DNA of 62,392 bases from an uncultured Actinomycetes bacterium (GCA_903953805.1 CAJBLC010000052.1:1-62392), one strand, 5' to 3'; positions 20,925-31,785 are shown, numbered from the stretch's first letter. Notes: generated from the sequence alone by a model not told the origin. Numbers and translations: made by a program.

Positions 20925-22021
20925 CGCGACTTATCCGCCTTCAAAGTAGAGAGCACAATCTTTCCTAACTTCTCATGTGCAGAGGTCGTGAAGGCTGGGC
21001 CAGTTACTCGTGATCGATATTCCTGAGCAGCTTTGATGAAAGTAAAGAACTCTTCTGAGAGTTTCCTGGCCGTAAATTCTGACTCCGGAATAATGGTCGC
21101 TCCCCCACATTCCACAAGTTCCTTGGCATTGAAGAGTTGCTCGCCATTGCCGATCGGAAGTGGGACGATCACGCCGTAGGTTCGGAGTATTCCCAGTTCG
21201 GCACACGTAACGGCACCGCCACGAGTGATGGCGAGATCTGCTGCGATCATTGCCTCTCCCATATCAGCGATGTAATGAAGTGGAAGGTAATTCTTACTTC
21301 GCGCCGGAAGCGCATTCGCCTTACCCACTGCGTGAATAATTTGAATTCCTACCCTCTCGGTCTCAGGCAAGATCTTCGCCAAGACGGAATTGATCGCACG
21401 TGAACCTTGTGAGCCTCCAAAGACCAGAATGATCGGACGCTTCTCATCAAAGTTCCACTCCGCAGATTTCGCAGATCGAATCTGAGATCTATCACTCGCG
21501 CCACTTTTCGCAAGATCTTTAATGGCAGAGCGGATTGGCATACCAACTAATTCTGCGCTCTCCCAGGTTGGTGCGATCGTTCGCGTGCTTTCAAAGGCAA
21601 TTGTTAGGTGAGCACCAAGGCGTCTTCCTAAATCATTCGCCATTCCAGGTTTTGCATTAGCTTCGTGAATAAGGATGGGGATCTTCTTAATCCGCGCCAT
21701 GATGTATGTGGGGGCGCAGACATAACCGCCGAAACCAACCACAAGATCGGTATCACTCAGGTAACGTGAAAGTTGGAGAAGTGATTGAGTAAATTTTACT
21801 GGCCAGGTCAGGAGTGAGAACGAAATTTTCCGTGGAAAGGGGGCCTTTGTCACTGGCCGGAGTGAGAAGCCACTTGATTGCATCAGTGATGAATCGAGCG
21901 CAGCAGAACTTCCAAGAAATTCACATTCGAGATCAGGCTCGACCGATTTCAGCCAATGTGCCAATGCAAGCGCTGGTTCGATGTGGCCAGCCGTACCAGC
22001 GGCAGCAAGTGAGACTCTCAT
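20921..22021 (-). CDS. murG: undecaprenyl-PP-MurNAc-pentapeptide GlcNAc transferase
   Basis: 366 aa. Contains AAGTAGHIEPALA and GGSQGSRAIN. It sits in the dcw position. Confidence 0.94.
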   Translation of the reverse strand: MRVSLAAAGTAGHIEPALALAHWLKSVEPDLECEFLGSSAALDSSLMQSSGFSLRPVTKAPFPRKISFSLLTWPVKFTQSLLQLSRYLSDTDLVVGFGGYVCAPTYIMARIKKIPILIHEANAKPGMANDLGRRLGAHLTIAFESTRTIAPTWESAELVGMPIRSAIKDLAKSGASDRSQIRSAKSAEWNFDEKRPIILVFGGSQGSRAINSVLAKILPETERVGIQIIHAVGKANALPARSKNYLPLHYIADMGEAMIAADLAITRGGAVTCAELGILRTYGVIVPLPIGNGEQLFNAKELVECGGATIIPESEFTARKLSEEFFTFIKAAQEYRSRVTGPAFTTSAHEKLGKIVLSTLKADKSR

Positions 22022-22028
22022 AGAGTCC

Positions 22029-23222
22029 CTATTCTGCCGTTCTTCGTGACTTAGATCGAAGTGCGGCGCGAACTTCAGGGTCCCGCCTAATCACAGAGAG
22101 AACGAATCCGACACCAATAAAGTCGGCGAGGAGCGCTGATCCGCCATATGAGAGGAATGGTAGAGATACTCCAACCACTGGCAGCACGCCGATATCCGAG
22201 CCAACATTGACCGCCACCTGGAGCATTAACCAGGCACCGATTCCGGCACAGGCATACTTATTAAGCAGATCCTTAGTATGAAGAGCTGTTCGAAAAATCC
22301 CATAGATAAGTGCCACGTAGAGAAGAAGGACGATGATTGTTCCGAGCAATCCCAACTCTTCACCGATGACAGAGAAGATGAAGTCGGTATTCGCCTCAGA
22401 TAAGTTCGCCCACTTCTGTCGACTCGCACCGAGACCTACGCCGAAGAAGCCACCGCTCGCAAGACCCATGATGGAGTGCGCAGTCTGCCAACCAGCTAAT
22501 TTGTAGACGCCAGGATCAAATGGATGAAGTACCGCGCTAAATCGTTGCAAGCGATTTGGCGATGTCACGACAAAACCAGCTACTGCGGCAAGGCCGAGTA
22601 ACCCAGTGCCTACCAATGTCAGGGAATCAACTCCCGCAATAAAGAGCATTGCAAATGCGATACCCATAACAATCATCGCTGTGCCCAAATCTTTTCCTGC
22701 CATAATCAAAACCAAGAAGAGCGCCGGTGCCGGTGCGACCGCTTTTAGAATTTCAAAGGTACTTGGTCGTTCTTCGCGTTCATCGAAACGACGTAGGATC
22801 ATCGCGCACCACAGAACGAGTAGCACCTTAGCTATCTCACTTGGCTGAATCGTGAATCCGCCGAAGCCAATCCACGATCTATTACCATTAATATTTTTTC
22901 CAACGCCAGGGATTTGAGGAAGCACGAGTGCTATGGCCCCAATGACGAGTCCCCACCGTGCCATTTTCTCCCATAGGGCTCGCTTGAGATGAATAGCAAG
23001 GTAGAGAGCACCCGAACCAACGACGATAAAGAGGAGCTGCTTAAAGAAGATCGAATACGTTGAACCTGTTGTCTCATACGCTTTGACGGAAGATGATGAA
23101 AGCACCATCACAATTCCAAGGGCTGTTAGTAAAGAGGTTGAGGCGGAGATTAAAATATAGGCAGCGGTCGGCTTTTGGAAGAAGTTAAGGTAGCGCTCTC
23201 GTCCTTGATTACTTCCGCTCAC
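22029..23222 (-). CDS. ftsW: SEDS-family peptidoglycan glycosyltransferase FtsW
   Basis: 397 aa polytopic membrane protein. Contains QPSEIAK, TDFIFSVIGEELG and LPFLSYGGS. Confidence 0.93.
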   Translation of the reverse strand: MSGSNQGRERYLNFFQKPTAAYILISASTSLLTALGIVMVLSSSSVKAYETTGSTYSIFFKQLLFIVVGSGALYLAIHLKRALWEKMARWGLVIGAIALVLPQIPGVGKNINGNRSWIGFGGFTIQPSEIAKVLLVLWCAMILRRFDEREERPSTFEILKAVAPAPALFLVLIMAGKDLGTAMIVMGIAFAMLFIAGVDSLTLVGTGLLGLAAVAGFVVTSPNRLQRFSAVLHPFDPGVYKLAGWQTAHSIMGLASGGFFGVGLGASRQKWANLSEANTDFIFSVIGEELGLLGTIIVLLLYVALIYGIFRTALHTKDLLNKYACAGIGAWLMLQVAVNVGSDIGVLPVVGVSLPFLSYGGSALLADFIGVGFVLSVIRRDPEVRAALRSKSRRTAE

Positions 23223-24592
23223 GATGCCACCTTTGCGACTACAGCCCGAGCAAAGAGTTCGCCCCGGTGGGCATACGAGTTAAATTGATCCATCGATGCA
23301 CATGCTGGTGCCAACAAGACCGCATCTCCCGCTGTTGCTAAATCTGATGCCTTGGCGACAATCGCATTCATAAGTGACTCGGAGCCATCGTTGCTATCTA
23401 TACGGTAGATCGGAATCGCGGGTGCATGTTGAGAGAGGGCATCAGCGAATAACTCCCGATCAGTACCTATTAAAAGAACAGCCTTGAGCCGTGGAGCAGC
23501 CCGCTTGACCAACTGATCGACCTGCGCCCCTTTAGCAAGGCCACCTGCAATCCAAATAACTGACGTATGAGAGAGGATTCCGGCGATAGCAGCATGTGGG
23601 TTGGTCGCCTTTGAATCATTGATCCACGAAATTCCATCCCTCTCAAGAACCAACTCCAACCGATGATGATCGAGTTGGAATGAAGAGAGGCCTGTTCTAA
23701 TAGCGGCATGAGAGATATTAAGAGAAAGCGCTAAGCCAGCCGCGGCGAGTGCATTGGAGACGTTGTGAGGCACTTGCGGCTTGATATCCAAAAGTTCGGC
23801 AATCATCTCGGCCTGCGAAGAGTCGGCACCAAAAGCTCGATCGACAAGTAGCTCTTCGACGAGACCGAGCTCGCCGCTGGCAGGAGTATCGAGGGAGTAG
23901 AAAATTTTCTGCCCGGTGAATGCTGTACTGCGAGTAACAATCTCTGGATCTTGAGCGTTAAGAATTGCCACTGGCGCCATTCTCATAAGACTCATCTTCG
24001 CATTTGCATAGGCATCAAAGGTTCCATGCCAATCAATATGGTCTTCAGCGATATTAAGAATTGCCACCGACTCGAATTGTGGCAGTTCACTCCAATCGAT
24101 CTGGAAGGAAGAGAGTTCAAGAGCGAGATAGTCGTATGGTTCCTTGCTCATCACGGCAGAGATTGCTGGTTCGCCAACGTTTCCACATGCCAGACCACGA
24201 ACTTGCGCAGAGTCAAAGATCGATTGAACCATCTGAACGGTGGTCGTCTTTCCATTTGTACCAGTAAGGGCAATCCATTTTTGCTCTGGAACTATCTCGC
24301 TCTTCACCAACCAAGCGAGGTCAATCTCCGAAATTACTCGGACTCCTGCCTGAGTAAATTTCTCAACAAGGTGATGGTCACGTCGCCAGCCAGGCGAAAC
24401 GATCGCTAATTGGTAATCATGAGGGTTTTCAATAACTGTAAGTGCTTGGATTCCATCGAATTCACCGTTCTTCTCATCGAAGAGCGAGAATTCAATGGTG
24501 CGTTCTTGCAGAAAGGCGATGATCGCTCTTCCAGTAACGCCACCACCCAAGACAGCGACCCTGCCATGAAGTAGTTGGCTCAGCGAACTCAC
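23219..24592 (-). CDS. murD: UDP-N-acetylmuramoylalanine--D-glutamate ligase
   Basis: 457 aa. Contains VLGGGVTGRA and GTNGKTTT. Confidence 0.94.
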   Translation of the reverse strand: MSSLSQLLHGRVAVLGGGVTGRAIIAFLQERTIEFSLFDEKNGEFDGIQALTVIENPHDYQLAIVSPGWRRDHHLVEKFTQAGVRVISEIDLAWLVKSEIVPEQKWIALTGTNGKTTTVQMVQSIFDSAQVRGLACGNVGEPAISAVMSKEPYDYLALELSSFQIDWSELPQFESVAILNIAEDHIDWHGTFDAYANAKMSLMRMAPVAILNAQDPEIVTRSTAFTGQKIFYSLDTPASGELGLVEELLVDRAFGADSSQAEMIAELLDIKPQVPHNVSNALAAAGLALSLNISHAAIRTGLSSFQLDHHRLELVLERDGISWINDSKATNPHAAIAGILSHTSVIWIAGGLAKGAQVDQLVKRAAPRLKAVLLIGTDRELFADALSQHAPAIPIYRIDSNDGSESLMNAIVAKASDLATAGDAVLLAPACASMDQFNSYAHRGELFARAVVAKVAS

Positions 24593-25651
24593 TTATCGAA
24601 CTACCCATTGTGCATAGAAGAGGCCGAGTCCAGATGCGACACAGATACCTGCGATGATCCAGAAGCGGACCACGATCGTCACCTCGCCCCAACCGGAGAG
24701 TTCAAAGTGATGCTGGAGCGGCGCCATCTTGAAGAAACGTTTTCCCTTTGTGGCCTTGAAATAGAGAACCTGGATGATCACCGAAAGAGTGATGATGATA
24801 AAAAGCCCACCAAGCGGGGCAAGAAGAAGTTCGGTACGTAAGGTAATTGCTAATCCTGCGATCGCACCACCAAGTGAGAGAGAACCGACATCTCCCATAA
24901 AGATTTTTGCGGGTGAGGTGTTCCACCACAAGAAGCCAGCACACGAGCCCGCAAATGCTGCAGCCAAGACCGCCATATCAAGCGGGTCGCGTACGGCATA
25001 ACATTTTGCGAGGTGTGTGTATGCGCAACTCTGTCTAAACTCCCAAATACCGATTAAGACAAAGGCGAGAAATGCCATGATCGCAGCACCGCTTGCCAAG
25101 CCATCTAAGCCATCAGTGAGGTTAACGGCATTACTCGAACCCATGATGAGAAGAAGAACCCACGCAACAACAACTGCCGCTCCCAGAACGATCGAGGTAT
25201 CTCGAACTGTTGAAAGGTGTCGAGAGATCGGTGCTAATCCATATTTGTCAACGAAGTGAAGGCCGGCATAGCCAAATCCCCCTGCAACAAGTGCTTGGCC
25301 AAGGAGTTTCTGCTTAGCAGTGAGACCAAGTGATCGCTGCTTTGAAATCTTCAACCAATCATCGAGCAGACCAAGTAGACCAAGACCGAAAACCATCGCC
25401 ATGACAAGGAGGGCGGATGAACTTATGTCTGAACCTGCCAACAGGTGAGAGATCAGGTATGCGACCACAACTGAACCCAGGATAACAACGCCACCCATGG
25501 TTGGAGTTCCACGCTTCACATGATGAGCTGTTGGGCCATCATCACGAATCTGCTGGCCATACCCTTGCTTCGCTAAAAATTTAATAAAGAGCGGTGTAAG
25601 AAATAGTGAGAGGAATAATCCCGTCGCTCCTGCATACAAGATACCTTTCAC
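24593..25651 (-). CDS. mraY: phospho-N-acetylmuramoyl-pentapeptide transferase
   Basis: 352 aa. Contains KRGTPTMGG, NAVNLTDGLDGLA and MGDVGS. Confidence 0.96.
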   Translation of the reverse strand: MKGILYAGATGLFLSLFLTPLFIKFLAKQGYGQQIRDDGPTAHHVKRGTPTMGGVVILGSVVVAYLISHLLAGSDISSSALLVMAMVFGLGLLGLLDDWLKISKQRSLGLTAKQKLLGQALVAGGFGYAGLHFVDKYGLAPISRHLSTVRDTSIVLGAAVVVAWVLLLIMGSSNAVNLTDGLDGLASGAAIMAFLAFVLIGIWEFRQSCAYTHLAKCYAVRDPLDMAVLAAAFAGSCAGFLWWNTSPAKIFMGDVGSLSLGGAIAGLAITLRTELLLAPLGGLFIIITLSVIIQVLYFKATKGKRFFKMAPLQHHFELSGWGEVTIVVRFWIIAGICVASGLGLFYAQWVVR

Positions 25652-27033
25652 GCTTCCACCTCTTCACTCTTTGTCGAGCACCATGCAACGATCTTCTCGG
25701 CTAAGGTATTCAACGCCTCTGCTCTCGATGCCTTAATCAAGAAGCAATCTCCGGCCTCACTATTCTTTACGAGCTCAAGCGCTTCTTCTTGACTTGCACA
25801 CTGATGTACTGTCATGTCACCGCTTGTCGTTCCGTAAAGTTCAGTACCAACTGCAACGAGATGATCAATTCCCATTTCGGCGGCAAGTCTGCCAATTTCT
25901 CGGTGTGATTGTGCCTCGGACTCGCCGAGTTCGTGCATCTTCCCGAGAATCGCCCAGGATGAGCCACCGCGCTCTTGGGCGAAGAGCGCAAGCGTTGTGA
26001 GCGCCGCCTTCATACTCTCTGGGTTTGCATTGTATGAATCATTGATGATGACGAAGTTTCCGAAGTCGTGTAACTCCATTCGCCACTTGCTTGTGATCTC
26101 AGCGGTCGAAAGCGCGGAGGCGATCGAGTCAATAGGGATCTCAAGAGTAGTTGCTACAGCGGCTGCAGCTAAGGCATTTGCAATCTGATGGGCACCAATC
26201 AATCGCAAACTTACGGCAGCCCTTCCAGAAGGCGTAACCAAATCAAAGTGAGCTCGACCCTCACGGATCTCAATATCGGCCGCCCTGACATTGCAATCCG
26301 AGCTTTCACCGAATGTCATACGGCGCAAATCCGAACGCTCCTCCCCCATTCTGGGAGTAAATTCGTCATACTTTCCGAGTACTGCGATGCCACCATGAGG
26401 AAGAGAATCAATCATCTCGCCTTTAGCCTTAGCGATCATTTCACGACCACCAAATTCACCAACATGAGCGTTTCCGACTACCAATACCGTTCCGATTGTT
26501 GGCTCGGCAATCTTGCTTAATGCGGCAATATCTCCGATGTGGCGGGCACCCATCTCCAATACACAGAATCGAGTTGAATCCGAGCAACCAAGAATGGTGA
26601 GGGGCAGACCAATTTCGTTATTAAAGGATCCCTGCGGAACAACGGTCTCACCCGCGGTCGCCAAGATATGACCTAAGAGTTCCTTAGTCGTTGTTTTACC
26701 TTGCGAACCAGTGATTCCAATAAAGGTACAGTTCTTTGCCAAGGTGCGTGCACAGTGTGCAAGAGATTGAAGCGCAACTAAAGTGTTCTCAACGACCAGA
26801 CATGGGCCATCTACTTCCCTAGTGGTAATGACAAATCGGGCACCACTCTCTAATGCAGAGAGGGCAAAATCATTTCCATCGACACTTTCGCCAGGTAGAG
26901 CGATGAAGAATGTTCCAGGTTTGGCAAGGCGCGAATCAATAACCGCATTTTCAGTGATGGTTTGATCAGGTGATATCTCATGTATGCGTGCGTCGATCGC
27001 TAGAGCAATATCTTCAATTGTCATAGAGATCAT
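25648..27033 (-). CDS. murF: UDP-MurNAc-tripeptide--D-alanyl-D-alanine ligase
   Basis: 461 aa. Contains GITGSQGKTTTKE and DSYNANP. Confidence 0.94.
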   Translation of the reverse strand: MISMTIEDIALAIDARIHEISPDQTITENAVIDSRLAKPGTFFIALPGESVDGNDFALSALESGARFVITTREVDGPCLVVENTLVALQSLAHCARTLAKNCTFIGITGSQGKTTTKELLGHILATAGETVVPQGSFNNEIGLPLTILGCSDSTRFCVLEMGARHIGDIAALSKIAEPTIGTVLVVGNAHVGEFGGREMIAKAKGEMIDSLPHGGIAVLGKYDEFTPRMGEERSDLRRMTFGESSDCNVRAADIEIREGRAHFDLVTPSGRAAVSLRLIGAHQIANALAAAAVATTLEIPIDSIASALSTAEITSKWRMELHDFGNFVIINDSYNANPESMKAALTTLALFAQERGGSSWAILGKMHELGESEAQSHREIGRLAAEMGIDHLVAVGTELYGTTSGDMTVHQCASQEEALELVKNSEAGDCFLIKASRAEALNTLAEKIVAWCSTKSEEVEA

Positions 27034-28511
27034 GAGAGCGCCTCAATTGCCTTGGCTAATTCAATGCGATCATCAAATGGCTCTTTGACGCCCAGTATTT
27101 CTTGACCCTTTTCATGTCCTTTTCCAAGAACGATCACGGTATCTCCAGGAAGCGCCTCTGTAACTGCACGAGCAATCGCCTGCCGACGATTTTCTTCAAT
27201 GACAACACTCTCACTCTCTTCACGGCCATTGACCATCGCTGCAAGAATCTGTGAAGGTTCTTCACTACGTGGGTTATCGCTTGTGAAAATTGCAATATCG
27301 CTACCTGCTACAAGAGCATCTCCCATGATCGGTCGTTTGCCGGGATCGCGGTCTCCCCCACAACCTAAGACGGCAATGATCCGGCCTTCGCTCACGCCTC
27401 GAACCGCCTGCAAGACACTCTTCACGGCATCGGGAGTATGAGCGAAATCGACGAGAGCTAAGTACTTCTGTCCAACATCTACACGCTCTAGTCGACCGAT
27501 TGCGCCAACCAGGCGAGGTAGATCAACTCCCATTGCAATGGGGTCTAATCCACTTGCATAACCCATGGCAATAGCAAGAAGAAGATTATCTAAGTTGTGC
27601 TCACCAATCAGGTGAGTTCTTCCTTCAATCAGAATTCCACCCACGCCTCGAATCGAAAGTTGATAACCGCCGGTGAGAAGCTTCTCAATCGATGTGTAGT
27701 GCCAGTCAGCTGCTGTGATACTTCTCGAGACGGTCTCTGCAGGAATAGGCACCTGATCGAAGAGTTTCGCTCCCCAAGGGTCATCGATATTAATAATCGC
27801 ACGCTCAGCATATTCATGAGTAAAGAGAAGTGATTTTGCCGCGAAGTACTCGTCCATCGTTCCGTGATAGTCCAGGTGATCTTGCGTGAGGTTTGTGAAT
27901 GCCACGCAATCAAAGTGCGAACCGCGAATCCGCTTCTCAACGAGGGCGTGACTACTTACTTCCATCACCATGTGCGTCAGACAGCGCTCTCTCATGGTTG
28001 CAGCGATTGCTTGTAATTCCGTTCCTTCGGGGGTTGTAAATACTGCTGGAAATTCATCTCGGTCGATGACAACGCCAGTTGTGCCAATCATGCCAACGGA
28101 ACGACCTTGAGCCTCCCATAGTTGATGTAAGAGCGAGGCGGTCGTGGTCTTGCCATTTGTGCCGGTAATTCCAAAACTCGACATTGCAGAGAAAGGGCGA
28201 TTGTAAAACCACGAAGCCACATCGGCGCTTACGGAACGCAGATCCTCATAGATCACAACAGGCAGGAGTGTGCCAACCATCTGAGCGCCTGCGCTATCGG
28301 TAAGGACTGCGACTGCGCCTCTTTCTATCGCCTCTTGAAGATAGAGCGCACCATGACTCTTTGCTCCAGGTAGTGCGATAAAGAGATCACCAGATTGGAT
28401 ATATCCACTCGTACTTGAAAGTCCTGTGAATGCAATGTCGCTCGCAGACTCTATCGAAAGAAAACGAGCAAGTTCGCTCAGCGTCTTTGAATGCGTGTTA
28501 ACGGGACGCAT
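27030..28511 (-). CDS. murE: UDP-MurNAc-L-Ala-D-Glu--2,6-diaminopimelate ligase
   Basis: 493 aa. Contains GITGTNGKTTT, DYHGT and GCGGDRDPGKR. Confidence 0.94.
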   Translation of the reverse strand: MRPVNTHSKTLSELARFLSIESASDIAFTGLSSTSGYIQSGDLFIALPGAKSHGALYLQEAIERGAVAVLTDSAGAQMVGTLLPVVIYEDLRSVSADVASWFYNRPFSAMSSFGITGTNGKTTTASLLHQLWEAQGRSVGMIGTTGVVIDRDEFPAVFTTPEGTELQAIAATMRERCLTHMVMEVSSHALVEKRIRGSHFDCVAFTNLTQDHLDYHGTMDEYFAAKSLLFTHEYAERAIINIDDPWGAKLFDQVPIPAETVSRSITAADWHYTSIEKLLTGGYQLSIRGVGGILIEGRTHLIGEHNLDNLLLAIAMGYASGLDPIAMGVDLPRLVGAIGRLERVDVGQKYLALVDFAHTPDAVKSVLQAVRGVSEGRIIAVLGCGGDRDPGKRPIMGDALVAGSDIAIFTSDNPRSEEPSQILAAMVNGREESESVVIEENRRQAIARAVTEALPGDTVIVLGKGHEKGQEILGVKEPFDDRIELAKAIEALS

Positions 28512-30300
28512 GTGATGCCTTCACTTGAGATGCCTTTAATGCAACTTCGGTGAGCGGATAGGAAATCTTCGACGGGGCGGTAGGTGCAATGTGCTTTGCT
28601 TGCAGAACAAAGCTCATTACCTTTTTGAATACTGGTCCTGATACAACTCCACCAAAATGTTGACCTTGCGGGGCTTGTACAACAACACTGACAACGTATC
28701 GAGGAGCATCAGCCGGTGCGAATCCGATGAATGAAGCGGTGTATCCGCTGTATCCGCCCTTTCCATTTGCCCGCATCGCAGTTCCTGTCTTACCAGCAAC
28801 GCGATAGCCAGGTATGGCTGCTTCAGGGGCAGTTCCATCTTTACCAACAACACTCTCCATCATCAAGCGCATCTGTGTTGCAGTAGTTGGGCTCACAACC
28901 TGGGTGGTTGATGAAGGCTTTGATGGTGTGAAATTTCCACTTGGATCGAAGTATCCTGCAACAACATTGGGCGTGACTCGAACTCCATTATTTGCAATTG
29001 TTGCAAAGACGCTCGTTGCTTGAAGCGCAGTCACTGAATATCCCTGACCAAATGCAATCGTGGGAGCTGAGGTAGCCGACCAGGTTGATACTGGGTGAAG
29101 AATTCCTTGGGTTTCACCTGGCAGATGCGAACCAGTGAGTTGGCCTACGCCAAATTTTTGAAGGTACGAATACAAGGTGTCATGTGAAATCATGGAGCCG
29201 ACCTGTATGGCTGCCGTATTACTTGAGATTGCGAGTGCACCAGTTGCAGTCAAGACTTCAGTTGGGTGACCTTCATGGTCATGGAAAGTGGAACCACCAA
29301 CTTTGAGAGAGTAAGGAACGGTAAGCGTGGAAGTCGGAAGAATCTTCCCTTCCTCCATCGCAGCTGAGTAAGTGATGATCTTTCCGACCGAACCAGGCTC
29401 ATATGCATCTGTCACTGCAGGGTTCTGAAGAACTGATACATCTTTAATCGGTTTTGTTGGATCAAATGTTGGTGCTGATGCCTGTGCCAAAATCGCACCA
29501 GTCTTTGGGTCCATCACGATCACAGTTCCTGAGATGGCATGGGCCTGCTTCACCGCGGCAGAGATTGCATCCTGTGCAACCCACTGAACATCACGGTCAA
29601 TCGTCAATTGAACACTCGTACCTGGCTTAGCCTCCGTGATGACCTCTTTAGATCCGGGAATGATAGTGCCGGCACCGTTGGCGAAGAGATAACGGCCATT
29701 AGATCCAGTCAATGTTGAATCTAAACTCGATTCCAATCCACCTGCGCCAACTCCTGCTTCATTGATCTTTCCAATGAGCGAGGCGGCGAGCATGCCAGTT
29801 GGATAATCCCGAACATATGACCGCTCAGAGTAGAAACCGAGCATTCGCTGGGCGAGACCGCCCGGTTGCTTTACGATCTGATTGTTATACGACTTTAATG
29901 CCTCGTTGAGAGAGTTCCACACTGCCGGTTGGACTTGCTTAGCAATAATTTGATAGCGCTTCGTTCCGCTCAGCAATGGGAGCAACTCGCTTGGCTTCAT
30001 GGAAAGGTATGGGGCAACAAATACGGAAGTCTTCGCTGGGTCAGATATTTGAACTTGATCTACAACAATATTGATGGCTGCCACACTTCGAGCAAGTTCA
30101 ACACCGTTGATATCTGTGATCGTCCCGCGTGGTGCAAGTAAAACAGAAGAATTGAGCAACTCAGAGTTTGCTCTCGCTGTGTAACCGCCTGCTTGAACTG
30201 CTTGAACATCGATCAGGCGAAGGCCAAAGAGTAAAAATATGCCCGCTGATGCCGTCACTAATTGACGGATGCGCTTGGAGGTGAGGTGCGTTTCGCTCAT
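28498..30300 (-). CDS. ftsI: class B penicillin-binding protein (septal transpeptidase FtsI/PbpB)
   Basis: 600 aa with an N-terminal TM helix. Contains SVGK (SxxK), SSN and KTGTA motifs. Confidence 0.92.
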   Translation of the reverse strand: MSETHLTSKRIRQLVTASAGIFLLFGLRLIDVQAVQAGGYTARANSELLNSSVLLAPRGTITDINGVELARSVAAINIVVDQVQISDPAKTSVFVAPYLSMKPSELLPLLSGTKRYQIIAKQVQPAVWNSLNEALKSYNNQIVKQPGGLAQRMLGFYSERSYVRDYPTGMLAASLIGKINEAGVGAGGLESSLDSTLTGSNGRYLFANGAGTIIPGSKEVITEAKPGTSVQLTIDRDVQWVAQDAISAAVKQAHAISGTVIVMDPKTGAILAQASAPTFDPTKPIKDVSVLQNPAVTDAYEPGSVGKIITYSAAMEEGKILPTSTLTVPYSLKVGGSTFHDHEGHPTEVLTATGALAISSNTAAIQVGSMISHDTLYSYLQKFGVGQLTGSHLPGETQGILHPVSTWSATSAPTIAFGQGYSVTALQATSVFATIANNGVRVTPNVVAGYFDPSGNFTPSKPSSTTQVVSPTTATQMRLMMESVVGKDGTAPEAAIPGYRVAGKTGTAMRANGKGGYSGYTASFIGFAPADAPRYVVSVVVQAPQGQHFGGVVSGPVFKKVMSFVLQAKHIAPTAPSKISYPLTEVALKASQVKASHASR

Positions 30301-30686
30301 TTGCTTGTCTTACTCAGATCGATAAACGAAGGAGTCGAATCCGGGACCATGCCCAACTTTGTAGCGGCAACGGAGAGGGCATCGGGTGATCCCTTGAGCG
30401 CCGCACTTCGAAGAACTGCATCTCTTTGGTCATTCACAACATTCATCTGATGCTTCATTCGCTGGAGAACAAATGCATCTTGATTGAGCGAAGTATTGAT
30501 AACGAGGAGAGCCACGAGGCTTACAACAAATATTCCAACAAGTACGGTCGAGAAAGCTCGGAGTTGTATCTCTTCACCAGCTTCAACGCGCAGATCAGGA
30601 ACGAGTCGTAGCACGACCTTTGTCGAACCATTGATGACCGCAGCTCGTGAACGAGCAATTGTTGGAGTAAGTAATGCGATCGCCAT
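30297..30686 (-). CDS. FtsL-like septation protein (bitopic membrane protein)
   Basis: 129 aa with a single TM helix (VLVGIFVVSLVALLVINTSL) followed by a coiled-coil-like stretch. It lies between rsmH and ftsI. The call rests on position and architecture only. Confidence 0.6.
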   Translation of the reverse strand: MAIALLTPTIARSRAAVINGSTKVVLRLVPDLRVEAGEEIQLRAFSTVLVGIFVVSLVALLVINTSLNQDAFVLQRMKHQMNVVNDQRDAVLRSAALKGSPDALSVAATKLGMVPDSTPSFIDLSKTSK

Positions 30687-31639
30687 TATGCGGCCAGCCT
30701 TTCGACTGCACGCAAGCGCATGGATTGAGCACGTGGGTTACTCTCGATTTCAGAGTCGCTTGCAGCCTCACTACCTGTAATAACGAGCCGATACTTCGCG
30801 GCGGAATTAGGAAGATCAATTGGTAATCCAAGAGGTGTTCCAGATTTACAGACTCGAGCAAATTCTGCTTTAACAATCTTGTCTTCGAGCGATTGATAGG
30901 ACATCACAACTACACGACCCGAAATCGTGATTGCCTCCAGCGCGGCGGGAATAGCGCGTGAGAGAACTTCGAGTTCCTTGTTTACTTCGATACGAAGCGC
31001 TTGGAATGTGCGTTTTGCTGGGTTTCCACCAGTACGGCGTGCAGGAGCTGGGATGCTCTCTTTAACGATATCGGCAAGCACTTTCGTGCTGTTCAATGTG
31101 CCGGCAGAGCGCGCTTCGATAATGCGATCGACTATGCGCGGAGCAAATTTCTCATCTCCATATGCTCGCAAGATGCGAACAAGCGCGTTGCGGTCATAGG
31201 TCATCAAAATCTCAAAGGCTGAAAGACCTTGTGATTGATCCATTCGCATATCAAGCGGAGCGTCTTGCGAGTATGCAAAACCACGGTCTGCTTCATCAAG
31301 TTGCATCGATGAGACACCCAAATCAAAGAGGATTCCATCCACATAGTCATAACCAAGATCTTCAAGAACCGTGGATATTTGATCGTAGATAGCGTGAACC
31401 ACAACTGCACGATCACCGAATTTAGCCAAACGCTCTTGTGCGATTGCGATCGCTGCCAAATCGCGATCAAACCCAATAACAGTCAACTCTTCATAACGCG
31501 CGAGAAGTTCACTTGTATGACCTGCAAGTCCAAGAGTTGCATCAATAACAACTGCACTCCCCTTCTCGGAGATTGCACGCTCTATCGAAGGAGCAAGCAG
31601 CGCGATACAACGATCGAGTGCTACTGGAATATGTTGCAA
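30686..31639 (-). CDS. rsmH: 16S rRNA (cytosine1402-N4)-methyltransferase
   Basis: 317 aa, TTG start. Contains HIPVAL, DATLGLAGH, DLGVSS and SYQSLEDK. Confidence 0.95.
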   Translation of the reverse strand: MQHIPVALDRCIALLAPSIERAISEKGSAVVIDATLGLAGHTSELLARYEELTVIGFDRDLAAIAIAQERLAKFGDRAVVVHAIYDQISTVLEDLGYDYVDGILFDLGVSSMQLDEADRGFAYSQDAPLDMRMDQSQGLSAFEILMTYDRNALVRILRAYGDEKFAPRIVDRIIEARSAGTLNSTKVLADIVKESIPAPARRTGGNPAKRTFQALRIEVNKELEVLSRAIPAALEAITISGRVVVMSYQSLEDKIVKAEFARVCKSGTPLGLPIDLPNSAAKYRLVITGSEAASDSEIESNPRAQSMRLRAVERLAA

Positions 31640-31785
31640 CTGCTTCCCCTTTCTTACCTATCGGGCTCCCGGCCCTTCTCTTTCTTTACTGAGGTCATCG
31701 CCGACCGACGGATCTTGGGGGGGGTCCATCGGCGCCGGGGAAGAGGCGTCGATAGCTGAAGATCGGCGATGGCCTTAGTAGAGAT

